Shown here: piece after piece, positions 23,809 to 35,235 of the stretch | How positions within the stretch are numbered: position 1 is the stretch's first letter | Layout: every line of letters begins with the position of its first letter | Source of the DNA: Malacoraja senta | Taxonomy: Eukaryota | Assembly (NCBI GenBank): GCA_038087875.1 | Contig: JAXLNO010005352.1 | Location: 1-64,000, forward strand | DNA length: 64,000 bases | Direction of reading: 5' to 3' | Made by a program: the position numbers and the translations under genes | Notes under the pieces: generated by a model | Seen by the model: the letters and a program-made list of their open reading frames with translations, nothing else | What the model was told of the DNA's origin: nothing | The model's database searches: none

Positions 23809-26800
23809 ATTATGAAATTATGCATGAGATTGAATTGTTTTTAATTGCTTGGTAAATCAGTTATGTCAGAACTGTCGTCAGTAGACTATCGGGGCATAGC
23901 GAAAGAGTTTTTCTTCCCACACAAACAACTATTAGTAAATGGAATCTTTAACCACTATAGACTATCAAAGTTTATACTTTTGTTTTATCTAAAAGGGAAT
24001 TTGAATTTATAAATGTGAAAACATTCCACGGAGAAAGACTGCACTCAATACATCCAATTAAGGATTTACTACCAACACAGTGGGTTGAATTGCTTCCCTC
24101 TGTGCTATGAATTATTAGGAAAATGGCGAAACAGTGTTCTATGTATAGTAATAACAGCCAAATGAGAAGGCCTTTTATATGGAATATCAAAGATGCTGTA
24201 TCTGTTCAAGGAAAAGTTACAAATTACATGTACAGTACATGCAACTGCTATGCTTCTCCCAAAATGATCTTTCCAGTCACATATTCAAACCAAAGGTTTA
24301 AAAATAAGAGGCTTTCTTTTCAAAAAGCCATCTCTATTTTCTTTGCTGTTCATCTACTTTGAACCACTGCTAGCAAAACATGTTTCAGTATAACTATACG
24401 AAAAATGTTTTAAAATCAATTTATATGACTTGAGTGCAACATCAAAAGCTCATAATTTATACAATTTATGGCTTTCAATAGAATACTTATTTTGCACATT
24501 GCTGTGATGTTTTGCTAAGTTATAATGTTTTTCTGATTACAGTAAAATTGCCATGTACGTTATTGAAGATATTTTAATTATATGTTGAGACAGTTGTCAT
24601 AGAACCAGAGCACAGAAACAGGCCAATCTCACCAAGTTGTCCCATCCAAGCTAGTGTTGTTTGCTCGCATTTGGCCATTACCCTCTTAACCTTTCCTATC
24701 AATCTTCTATCTTGGAATAATTTCAATAGATTAAAAAGGCTCTTAAAATTTTTGCTCTGCCTTATAAAATTTTCAATGAAAGGAATAGTTCTGGATTTAA
24801 CATTTGCAATGTCTCAAAGCACAGTGGAAATAAGTTATTTTAAAATTTGACTTTAGAAGTCAATCTTGCCAATCAGATTAGAAATACAAGAAATTGTATT
24901 ATATTTCATAAATTATTGCATTACCACACAAAAATGGAAAGTTTTTTTTTCTCAATTCAAAATATATACATTTGAATAGCATTGTACTTAGCTTTTCAAC
25001 TTAGATACAAAAAAACCTTCATTTACTCCTAAAAATTACAGTGCACCATGCCCAAAATCTTAAATCTAACAATATCAACACAATCAACATCTTCAATGTT
25101 CTTTGTAGTTTTTATTTGTTTAAAAATCACAATGATGTGCAACTAAAATCTTTAATTGATTGCATCACATGACCAAAGGTCCCGTTATTCTAAAAGTTGT
25201 TCTCAACCACTAAGTGAACCGAAGGGTTAAGCAGAAAAAAACCACAAGATAGGGTGAAGGAAACACAAAAAAGTCAAAATGAGAATATAAAATAAAATAA
25301 AAACTAAAAATAGGCATTAAAGTACAGAACATCAATATGTCAATAGGTTTCTTTTAAAATTAAGACTGCATTTTAAATTCTAGTTTCATTTCTTGTCTTG
25401 TATGGTCTTCATTTTTCACATCCGCATTTTTCTAACTTTTCACTAGTGTGCCTGTTTTTAAAGCTGGTTTCCTCCAATGATCACCCTTGCTTTTTAAATA
25501 AACATTGCTCCCATTTCCAAATGAGCATAGAGACGGGGCTGAGAAATGTGTGTACTCCAGAGTGGGGACAGAGGAACCCCCATCCAGGCACCTTCATCCC
25601 CCATCCCCGAGACCCACATTTTCTTTTTACCCACCCACTTTCACTCCTCTTCCCCATCCCATCCATATCCCTCTCCCTCCCGCTTCATATTTTTCACCAC
25701 CTCCTCTTTATCTGAAATCCTTTTGTCTCCTTTTCACATCTACCCATTGTCCACTCATCTGCCCATCACTTTCCTCACCTGTATCCACCTATCACTTCTC
25801 AGGCTTGGCCCCTCCCCACCTCACTTTTCCAGCGTTCTTCCCCCTTACTAAGAAGGGACCCAACCCAAATCATTTTCCATTCCTTCCACAGATGCTGTCT
25901 GGCCCAGAGTTTGTCAAGCAGGTTGTTTTTTGGCTAAGTATGTGTCCTCTAATTTTACCTACCTCTAATATGGAGGAACCTTTCTTGCATTAGCTTATAT
26001 TATGGTAGCTCTATTGTTATATGCAAATTACAATCTCTATAAATCCCAATCAAAAACGATAGGGATTAAGATTCTAAAATGATAAAGGAAGGAAGGTATG
26101 AGCAAGGTAAACTAAGAAAACTGTTTGCTGATAAAACAACAATATTACAAATCAAAACAATACGCCACAGGTTTTTGAAAGCCTTCTCTGCCATTCTTCA
26201 AAATGATGTTCCAACTCATCCAAGTTCTTGCCTTATCACCCAAACACCCTTAAATCTCCAAACTTCCATCTTAGCCCTGAATATATATACTCAACAACTC
26301 AGCATTCAGGAAATTTGAGCAACACAGTGAATTTGGTTAAATTGCTTTTAACCAGCGAAATAAGTCATCTAATTGTGTAAAAGAAAACCAAATATGGATT
26401 TGTTGTTGGCAGGACTGAAGACCATGAAAATGAAAATGCCAACCAGACTTTTCTCAGTTTGGGCAAAAAATCAAAATAGCGAGATAATATCTCGCCGCCA
26501 ATTCACATAGTTAATCTTTGACTCCATTTATCAATTTCAATTGTGCCATTGTGGAAAATATAAATATTGCTAAACTACAGGTGGAAAATTGTTAATGAAG
26601 AAGTTTCGTTGGTGAGCTGTGGATTGCAGAAATAGATAGTGCAACAGCTTATTTCCAATAACGCTGGCGTAAAAAATTATGAAATGCGGAAATCGTTCTT
26701 TCTATGTACCGTACTTAACATTTGAAACAAAGATATACTATACGATAAATGCCTATGATTGCCACATAGTTTGGCCTTATCGCAAAGGATTGCGCTCAGA

Positions 26801-27225
26801 GCAACACTCATGATAACATACACTATCAATATGCTTGATTTCCTAATTTTGACAATATCCTGATCCAACAATAATCCAGCAACCCACAGCGCTATAGACG
26901 GCGAGTCCTCGCCTCCGCCTCCAATAACACCGGTTGACAAATGTGGCCGGTGTGGACAGGGTCGCACTGTGGAGAGGTGGGGTCAGGCTGTTGGGGAAAC
27001 ACCCTTGCCCCCGGGCTGAGAGGGTGGACAGGACAAGAGCGAAGGCTGGACATGAACTAAAGATGAGACAGGCCCTGCCCTGCCCTGCCCGGCCCGGCCC
27101 GGCTGCGATTCACATCCAGCAGCAGCGCCGGTTGATCGACCCCGGGACATCGCTGGACTGTCCTCCCCGATGGACAGCGACGCGTTTGCACGCGGGGCCC
27201 CGGACGCGGCCTTGTCTTGCCTTAC

Positions 27226-27400
27226 CTGCCTCCCCTCAGCCGGAGGTGCCTCACGCTGTGTACTGGTTAAAACCACCATCCACACCCGGCCCTTGTGATG
27301 TTTTGACTGACGACGAGCAGTGACGACGGCCGAGCGAAGCGTCAATACAAGCAGCACGAGGCCGCGCCGCATTGTGGGACTTGCAGTCCCGCGGCTCGAA
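27226..27400 (-). other. CCPG1: Probable non-coding first exon of CCPG1 (5' end uncertain)
   Basis: Strong minus-strand donor CAG/GTAAG at 27224-27225 inside the CpG island. The first coding exon has an upstream splice acceptor, so a 5' UTR exon is required. Confidence 0.6.
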
Positions 27401-27513
27401 GTCAGCGCCGGGGCCGCCGCGTCACCGGACTACGCCGCCCAGAATGCAGCGCGCGTCGCGCTGGCAGCGTCCGCCGCGGAACACGTCGCCTTCGAACAAC
27501 CCAATCAGGCGTG

Positions 27514-27527
27514 GTTACCATGGCAGC
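27514..27527 (+). promoter_or_regulatory. RFX X-box upstream of PIERCE2
   Basis: GTTACCATGGCAGC is one mismatch from the canonical GTTNCCATGGNAAC and sits about 150 bp upstream of the ATG of a motile-cilia gene. Confidence 0.7.
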
Positions 27528-27677
27528 GCTGCCACAACAAAGCAGGCGGGGAGCGAGTGGGACAGAGTGGGAGCTTAGAACGGAGCAAGTGGGGCAATTA
27601 GGGACAGAGGCGCCGGAGTGAGGAACCCTGTGGCCCATAGGGCGCCGGAGAAAGCCGTCGGGAAGACAAGAGTCACC

Positions 27678-28640
27678 ATGGCTGACTGTCCCGTCCCATC
27701 GCCTGCTCGAAGGGTCCAGTTCAAAGAACCAGAATGTGACGACTTCAAGCAGCCCTTCTTTGTTCCAAAGCAGGAATCTAATGAGCCGCCGAGGGATCTC
27801 AATTCGTCTCCCACTCGTAAGGTCCATCTTAAGGACAGCGAGTTCGACTGTCTCAACCAATTCATCGCTTCGAAGCCTGATTCTGGTGCTGTAACTTGCG
27901 ATGATCAAAACCCGCCGCCCATCACAAATAATGAATCTGAAGAGTGCGAAGCGAACAATCGGCCCTTTGCTCCAAAGGCGGACTTCGAAGACTCCGCGCA
28001 TGATGATCCCTGTGCCCCAAACACTGGAATGGATGGATTTAGAAATTCAGTCTGCGACGACCTCAGCACATCCTTCGCTCCAGCTGTTGTTGGTATTAAG
28101 GACTCCATCTGTGACAACTACTGTTTCACTCCAGGGGAGCCTTTGGGAGATCCGTTGCGTGATGATTTCAACCCTTCCACTTCTTTAATAGTTCCCTTGG
28201 ATTCAATATGTCACGACCTAAAATCAGGCCTTGAATGCAAAGACGCAAGTGGTGATCTCACGATATCCTATGCTCCACAAGTTGAGGACAAAAAGGAAAC
28301 GAGTTGCGACGATCCTATTCCCGTCCGCCCTCCAACGACAAAGGATAAGAAGCTGTGGTTTCCCTGTGCGAACCCTGGAAACCCTGTCTTTTCCTGCATG
28401 GAAAAGATCCCAACGTCGCCACAATCCCCGGCTCCATTCGTGAAACCCCAGAATCCGCTGTTCAGAACAACCTCTGCCGATTATGGATCCAATGAACCGA
28501 CTTGTGACATTGCACCCTCTGTCTACAAACCCCTATCGCAGTCGTTCTCGGCGGCGCTCCACACCGGTGGGATGTATCGTAACAGCTCCCTGAACACTAC
28601 GTCGGATAAGAAGAGAATTCACGATTTACTCGCGCTTTGA
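27678..28640 (+). CDS. PIERCE2: Piercer of microtubule wall 2 (C15orf65 orthologue, DUF4490 family); single coding exon, 320 aa with a long repetitive N-terminal extension
   Basis: C-terminal PCANPGNPVFSCM...FRTTSADYG...SQSFS...GMYRNSSLNT matches PIERCE/DUF4490 (human PCVNPGNPVFSCM...YKTNSSHYG...GFYQNNTLNT). First ATG is in optimal Kozak context (accATGg) at 27678. Head-to-head with CCPG1 and tail-to-tail with DNAAF4, as in mammals. Confidence 0.92.
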   Translation: MADCPVPSPARRVQFKEPECDDFKQPFFVPKQESNEPPRDLNSSPTRKVHLKDSEFDCLNQFIASKPDSGAVTCDDQNPPPITNNESEECEANNRPFAPKADFEDSAHDDPCAPNTGMDGFRNSVCDDLSTSFAPAVVGIKDSICDNYCFTPGEPLGDPLRDDFNPSTSLIVPLDSICHDLKSGLECKDASGDLTISYAPQVEDKKETSCDDPIPVRPPTTKDKKLWFPCANPGNPVFSCMEKIPTSPQSPAPFVKPQNPLFRTTSADYGSNEPTCDIAPSVYKPLSQSFSAALHTGGMYRNSSLNTTSDKKRIHDLLAL

Positions 28641-28764
28641 TTTTCTGCCCCCGAACAGTTCTGTATTACTATAGTAAGAAAGTGAAAACAAATGTTCCCT
28701 TTTTCTTTCAATGCCAGATTTTGGAAGAGAATGGTATACAACCAGATGGAATTTGAGACTCTTG

Positions 28765-28792
28765 GTGTGTGTGTGTGTGTGTGTGTGTGCGT
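28765..28792 (+). repeat. (GT)n microsatellite downstream of the PIERCE2 stop
   Basis: Direct reading. Confidence 0.9.
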
Positions 28793-31700
28793 GGAAAACA
28801 AAAACAATTTGATCGTTTGTATATTTAAAAATAATTTTCTGTGGTAATATGCCCGTCTATAATATAGGGGGGTTTTCAGACCTTTACCGTGACTTTTGTT
28901 TCCATTTGCATTCATTTAGCATTTTACATTTGCAGATAAAGGAATCGAATCATGGAAAAATTAAAACCCGAGGCTATTCATCGCGTCTTTTTCATCAGTC
29001 TAATCCTTCAGTATATCCTTTAGTCTCTTGCCTTGAGATCAGGTTCTTCTGGCACATGTCCAAGGACATTTAAATACGATAAAAGTTGCTATCCTTTCCG
29101 GTAGTGAGTTCCAGATCAGGGTCAAACTTTAATGGTAAAGTCTTTATCACTCTCCTCTTGTACCAATCAATACTTCCTGTTTTTGTTTTTGCCCTTGCCC
29201 TTCCACGTGTTCTGAGAGGGGCTGCAGTTGGACATCTTTCTTGCAGACAGTCGTCGGGGACATGGCTACAAATCTGGTCTCTTACATCTGACAGGAGCGG
29301 AGCTAACTGTGCTGACTGTCATTTATTGCTCTTCTGCCTTTTCCAGCCATTTGTTTAGTGTTTGATTTCTAATTCCATCTCTCATTCACACTGCAAAATT
29401 GCAACAAAAAAAACGTTATAACTTTATAGCAGTTCCCAATTCTCTTGGCGTGGATTCCAGTGATTTCAAAGTTAGACTTAAATTGCCATAGTGATTTTGA
29501 GTGAATCTAAATGATTTAGACAGCTGCACATTTGGCCAGGCATTCTCCAAAGATTTGAAACTTTTAATCCTGAAGAAGGGCCTTTGCAGTTGTATGCTGA
29601 ACCTTCTTTGAGGTAAAAACAAGTGAAAATGTCCAGTTTGGTTTAAGGAACATGGTGCCTCTGGCTTCAGATTAGTACCAATCGCGTGAGTGCAATGCAA
29701 CTCAACCTACCGAGAAATAAAGAACTTTGCCTTGCCAACAAAAGGAGCTTCATCACCGAGTCCAAGCACTGACTCTTTATAACTCTTGTATTCTTTTGTC
29801 TATGAGGTCACTCTCTAATTATTCTCATTCACTCATTGACCAGATAACCGTGTTTACAGTTTATCCCCATAGTCACTCCAGTTTTATGCTATCAGATATG
29901 TCTCCCTGCCCCCCCCCCCCCCCTCCCAACTTAACAAACTTATTTTGTCTCCTTACCAGTTCTGATGAAGTGTCTCTGACATGAAACATAGCTCTTGTTT
30001 CTTTTCCCACAGATGCAATCTAAGCTGCCAAGTGTTTACAGCATTTTATGGTTTAAGAACCGACTCTTTGATAAGGGCTCCAAGTTTTCTTTTGGAGCAA
30101 TGTGTTTTTTGTTGCCTTATATTTCTCAGTTTAAAAGGAGATTAACTAAAATATATCCTAAAATGCCTGCTGCAAAGGAAAGGTTGGCTCCCATTAACAT
30201 TGTCTGACAGGAGGTACTGAAAGTGCAATTCTTATAAACAGACATGTGCTACTGAAATAAACAATCGCCAAGCACCCTAACCTTTAGAGACAACATGTAT
30301 CGCGAGGTTATTAATCACTGATGATGATCAGAAAGAACATGGCATTACTTATATTTATGAATCATTACAGACAAACAATGATAATTTGAATAAAACCAAA
30401 AAGGGTTAATGGATTTAACCAGGGCATCTAGTTAACATCAGGTAAGCCGTTTAGCAACAAGTTGAAAAACACATTCTCACAGACTGAAATCTTTCTGGAC
30501 TTTCCAACTCTGAATCAGATCTATGCCAATATCAGGAGAGACCAAATGGTGGCGAAGAAGTAGTATACATCAGACAACGTCATAGAGCGGTCAGCGAGTA
30601 CTCAAAAATGCTTGAGTCAATGAAGTTTCATGCCATCAGATTAAACATGGGCAAGGAACCGTATTGTACATTACTGATTGCCTCTCCTTTCCCTAGTTGG
30701 TTTATCAGTACGACACACTAATTGCCACTTTTAAAGAGTTAGTGGGGATAGGACATGTGCATAACTTAACAAGTGTAACTCGGCATCACCATTATTAACT
30801 TTGATGGCCACATTCTGAAAGACATATGGCATATTGGTCTTGTAGGAGGTGGTGAGAAAATCCACACAAGGGGAAAAATCCTAGTGATCTAACAAAACTA
30901 AACTTCATGCATTCACTTTCAAGCAGCCTGCATGATCATCTGTTGTATCCATTCCCACCACCAACAGCACACCAAGTCTGCAATGTTCACCATTTTTAGG
31001 ATATACTTGCAGCAACTAGGGTGGCGCAGGCTCGGTAGAGCTGCTGCCTTACAGCACAAATAAATGAATTAGAAAGAGGTCAATGGGGCCTTGAGCAATT
31101 GAATACCTGAAAGGATTGTGATATGATTTAGAGCCAGGGATGAAGGAATGGCAATATAATTCCAGGTGAGTTTGATGTGCTGTTTTGGAGGAAAACCTGC
31201 AGCTGACGAAGACAAGAGACTGCAAGTGCTGGAATCTTGGCAATAACATTTTTGAACCTGCAGGTGATGGTGTTCTCACATATTCATTGACCTTGTCTTT
31301 ATGGGTGACAAAAGTCACGTTTTGGGAAGTGTTAGAGCAGCCCAAGCAAACATAATTTTAAATCTTTCCAAATATTTACACTTTTTGTTCTTTTGCCTTC
31401 TCTAAATAGCAAATCTATGAATGGGTTCTCAAAACACACACCTATGTATAGAGAGGACACTGGGGAAATAAATATGCTTGCTGTCCTTCAAAACTTTCCC
31501 CACAATACTGCTCCATCATAATTGCAAGCATTCATATTTGTCTCATCTTGATGGGTCCAAGCTAACTTGTTTTCTTTTCAATTTCCTTCTTTATAACGTT
31601 AACTTTTAACCAGTTACAACACACTGGTACTCTACACAAGTTTCTGTTTTTATGCAGGTAGCCTGCACATGAGCTTCGGAGGCCAGTGACAATACTTCCT

Positions 31701-33566
31701 GATCAATTTGATTGCTAATTATGCCCGTCTTGTGACCATAAAACCACAAAAAGTGCATCAGGACAAAGTCAAAATTATCAAATCATCTTTTTTCCCCATT
31801 TGTATTCCAGAAACAGCCTAACAATGGATGCGCCAGAGCCGAAAAAAATCAGAACTGTGTCTTTTTCAAAAGATTTCAGTTGTGTCTGTATTGTACAGTA
31901 TTTTTCAATTTTATAATTGTAATTCTAAGCAAATGATAGATTCCATTGTCCAAATTGATTTGGACATATCATAGAAGTAGAGTAAGAATAATACAGTATG
32001 GAAAGAAGACCTTTGGCCCAACTCATCCACGTTGAACAAGGTGCCTTCCTGATCTCAAAACAAAATACTGGAGGGTCAAGCAGCAAGCATGGAAGGAAAT
32101 GGACAGACGACATTTCGAGTTGGGACCCTTTTTCAATCTGGATTTCCCTCCACAGATGCTGCCTGATCCACCGAGTTCCTCCAGCAGTTTGTGATTTCTT
32201 CAACATTCCACACTAGCATTCTTTTGTGTTACCTTCCTGAAGTATTCACTTGTTTGTATTTGGCCAATATCCCTCCAAGCATTTCCAATCTATGAACCTG
32301 ACCAAGTCTTTTAAACGGCATGATCATTCTGGCGGCTCATTCAATATATTCACCGCCCTCTGTGTGAAAAGATATCATTTTAAATCTTTACCATTTCACC
32401 TTAAATCTATGCCTTAGATTTCTAGACTCCCTGACCCATGCAAAAAGATTGTAACTGTGCTCCTTATCTATGCCGCTCATGATTTTACAAACCTCGATAA
32501 GGTCACATGTGAAGCACAATTTCACAGGTGCAATGATACATTTTACTAGACTAAGACGTCATTAACCAATTTGATAATTGCAACATAATAGTTTATTGTA
32601 ATATTACCAAATCATGATTTTTTTTTTGGTTCAGTTCAATATAAAATTATATTTATCAATAAAATACTTCAGGTTATATCTTGGAAATACTTTTGAAAAA
32701 TGCAGGGCTATTATGGCATTATGACTATTAATAGATTATTTTAAAATAAAACCTGAACACCTTAATCCACCAAGAGTTATATTGTCTGCATTGGTCTAAC
32801 CTTTTATTTACATCTTCAACTATTTGTCCTCAATGCTTTTATTGCTTATCGAATACTTCTATCGTGTCGAAAACATAGCTGACAGTTGAGTTAATTCCAG
32901 TCTTCCATCCTTGTCTTTTAACACTGTTTTACTATTTATATTCATTCATATATAACAGGATTCTCCTTTTAAACAAAATAAATATTTAATTGATTTAACA
33001 TTTTGTGTTTAGAAAAATTCCTAAAAGAACATGACAATATAGACAGTATCTTTCTCCGTTTACCCATTCCAAAGTATACGGTGTGGTGTTTTCAGAAAGA
33101 CTTTGCAACATCTTTCAAGACTTTATAACATTTATTTATTTTAAAATATAATATATGAATTAAAAGTAGTTTGCATTTAGTTGAATTATTCAAATTTACT
33201 AAATGCGCCATTGTTGCATTATTAATCTATTTCAATTCCTTGGGTGGTAAAATATCAAATTATAGGGTATTCCAAAACTTTATGAACATTTATTGTTGTT
33301 TGGCAAATATCAGAAGCATCAATGTCCATCTTAGACTGCTTACAAAAATGACAAAAATGAACAGGAAACATTAAAGATTAGACTCTTAGGGTAAAATAGC
33401 CACAGCACAGAAACAGGCCCTTTGGCCCATCGAGTCTGTGCCAACCACCAAGCACCCAATTCTACTAATCCTAGTGTATTTAATTATCTACAAAATCCAA
33501 TCAGCCCTCTCTACCCTCAGATTCTACTCAATAGAATTCTACTTCTTACACCTATTCTACACAATA

Positions 33567-33791
33567 GGTGCAAGAAGGAACTGCAGATGCTGGTTTACAC
33601 TGAAGACGGACACAAAATGCTGGAGTAACTCCGCAGGTCGGACAGCATCTCTGGAGAAAAGGAATAGGTGATGTTTCGGGTCAAGACCTTTCATCAGGAT
33701 CTGAAGACGGATCTTGACCCAAAACATCACCTATTCTTTTTCTCCAGAGATGCTGCCTGACCTGCTGAGTTACTCCTGCATTTTCTGTCTA
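33567..33791. mobile_element. Short Penelope-derived insertion made of two inverted terminal-repeat copies
   Basis: Two opposing copies of the CTGAnGA...GACCC(G/A)AAACATCACC...AGATGCTG...GAGTTACTCC unit; 11-bp TSD TCTACACAATA (33556-33566 and 33792-33802). Confidence 0.85.
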
Positions 33792-34469
33792 TCTACACAA
33801 TATTGATAATTTACAGCAACCAACTAACCTACCAACTTGTAAGTTTTTGAGAGATGGAAGGAAAATGGAACGCCGGGAGAAATCAGGAAGTCAAAGGGGG
33901 AACGTGCAAACTCCTCACAGACAGGTCATGATTGAACCCAGGTCTTATTTGGTCCCAAAAAGTGCTGAACTAGTTTCTATAGTAAGTTTCTGTTCAACAT
34001 ATTGACCGAGAAAACAAATAATTCCTCCTCTGTGCATTGGAAGAGTGACATATAAGGTCCCCGGTGCATGAAAATCTGTGATCTGGAACGGGTAACAAAG
34101 CGTGTGATTATTCTTAAAAACTTGTTTTTTGGTGGCAACATGGTAACCGCCAATCTTATTTAGATAAAGGAATAGAAATACATCTCCTTCGCTCTACCTA
34201 GTCAATGCTCAGCTCGCAAATGTTCATGAATCTAAAATAGCATTCAACTTTACTTCATGCAAGTAGAATAGCACCAATATTTAATGCTGACCATCTTATT
34301 TAAACATTGTCACCTTACGACAAATTCAGAATCCCCTGAGAAAGTCAAAAGATGCCTGGTTTTTGATGCTGTCATGAATTACAAATCTTTGTAAGTCTTA
34401 ACAAAAATGAAAAAGATAGAAATATGATAGTTAACTATCTATTAATCCAAGACATTTTTCATATTGCTT

Positions 34470-34579
34470 TCACAGTTCAGGAGGATTTCCTTGAATCACT
34501 CGACGTATCTTCTCTGCATCTGCTCGTATCGTAGTGTTGCTTGGGTTAATCTTGAGAGCTGCTTCATAATCTTGAAGAC
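34470..34579 (-). CDS. DNAAF4: DNAAF4 last coding exon (9)
   Basis: [36 protein letters not shown]; acceptor tgacag, stop TGA at 34472-34470. Confidence 0.95.
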
Positions 34580-35023
34580 CTGTCAAAGTACAAATTAAAG
34601 CATCTGCTGAAAAATATAAATAATGTAAATACCAAGACTTCAGGAACCGTCCACCTTGAATCGCTAGAGTAGACTCGCTTTAAAAAACAATTATTGATAA
34701 TGAGGGAGCTTCAGTCATCTTGGGCAAGGAAAAGGAAAAAAATAATCTGGGTTACATTTCCAGTTCAACAAGCAGCCCCAGATAGATGCGTTCCATTGTC
34801 ACTGAGCAATGACATTAAAGCTTGGTTATATCACATCTATCATCCTCACAAACATTAGTCCTCACAAGTTACAACACTACTTTCATAAAAGGAAACGTAA
34901 AGAGGAACAAATACTGAAAAAGTGATCACTAATGCAAGTAAATGTCTACGGTAGTATCCAATATTTCTAACTATATATGTCAACACAAATTTAATACACT
35001 TAAATTTTAAAAGATCCTCTTAC

Positions 35024-35129
35024 CCTCCACATACAATTCCAACTCACAAAATGCTGTCCCTCTTCTAACATGGGCCTTCAGTCTGCTATCAGCATTGTCT
35101 GGAACTGCAGGAGTTAATAAATCAAGTGC
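35024..35129 (-). CDS. DNAAF4: DNAAF4 coding exon 8 (TPR)
   Basis: [35 protein letters not shown]; 106 nt, AG/GT. Confidence 0.95.
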
Positions 35130-35235
35130 CTATGAGAAAGAAAAAACTATTCAAAATTCAAACTGGAGCTAAGAAATAGATGGCTTTTAAAGTTTCAAAA
35201 AATTATTTTCTAATTTTTTAAGTCTTGAGAGAAGA

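Larger units (their letters stand above)
26890..27680. promoter_or_regulatory. CpG-island bidirectional promoter shared by CCPG1 (-) and PIERCE2 (+)
   Basis: High GC and CpG density against an AT-rich background. Two ZNF143/SBS-like motifs in divergent orientation (27369-27387 minus ACTGCAAGTCCCACAATGC; 27429-27448 plus ACTACGCCGCCCAGAATGCA), CCAAT at 27501, X-box GTTACCATGGCAGC at 27514-27527. Confidence 0.85.

Noticed and set aside
25398-25993. Overlapping 100-160-aa Pro/Leu/Ser-rich ORFs (also 48002-48337 and 63033-63473)
   Set aside because: Low-complexity pyrimidine-rich DNA (degraded Penelope UTR or intronic tract) that lacks stop codons by composition.
27618-27677. Extra 20 codons at the start of the 340-aa ORF call
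   Set aside because: The ORF track starts at a GTG; the first ATG, in optimal Kozak context, is at 27678.
27402-28001. 199-aa minus-strand ORF and other ORFs over the CpG island
   Set aside because: Antisense or GC-rich shadows of PIERCE2 and the promoter; no recognisable protein features.
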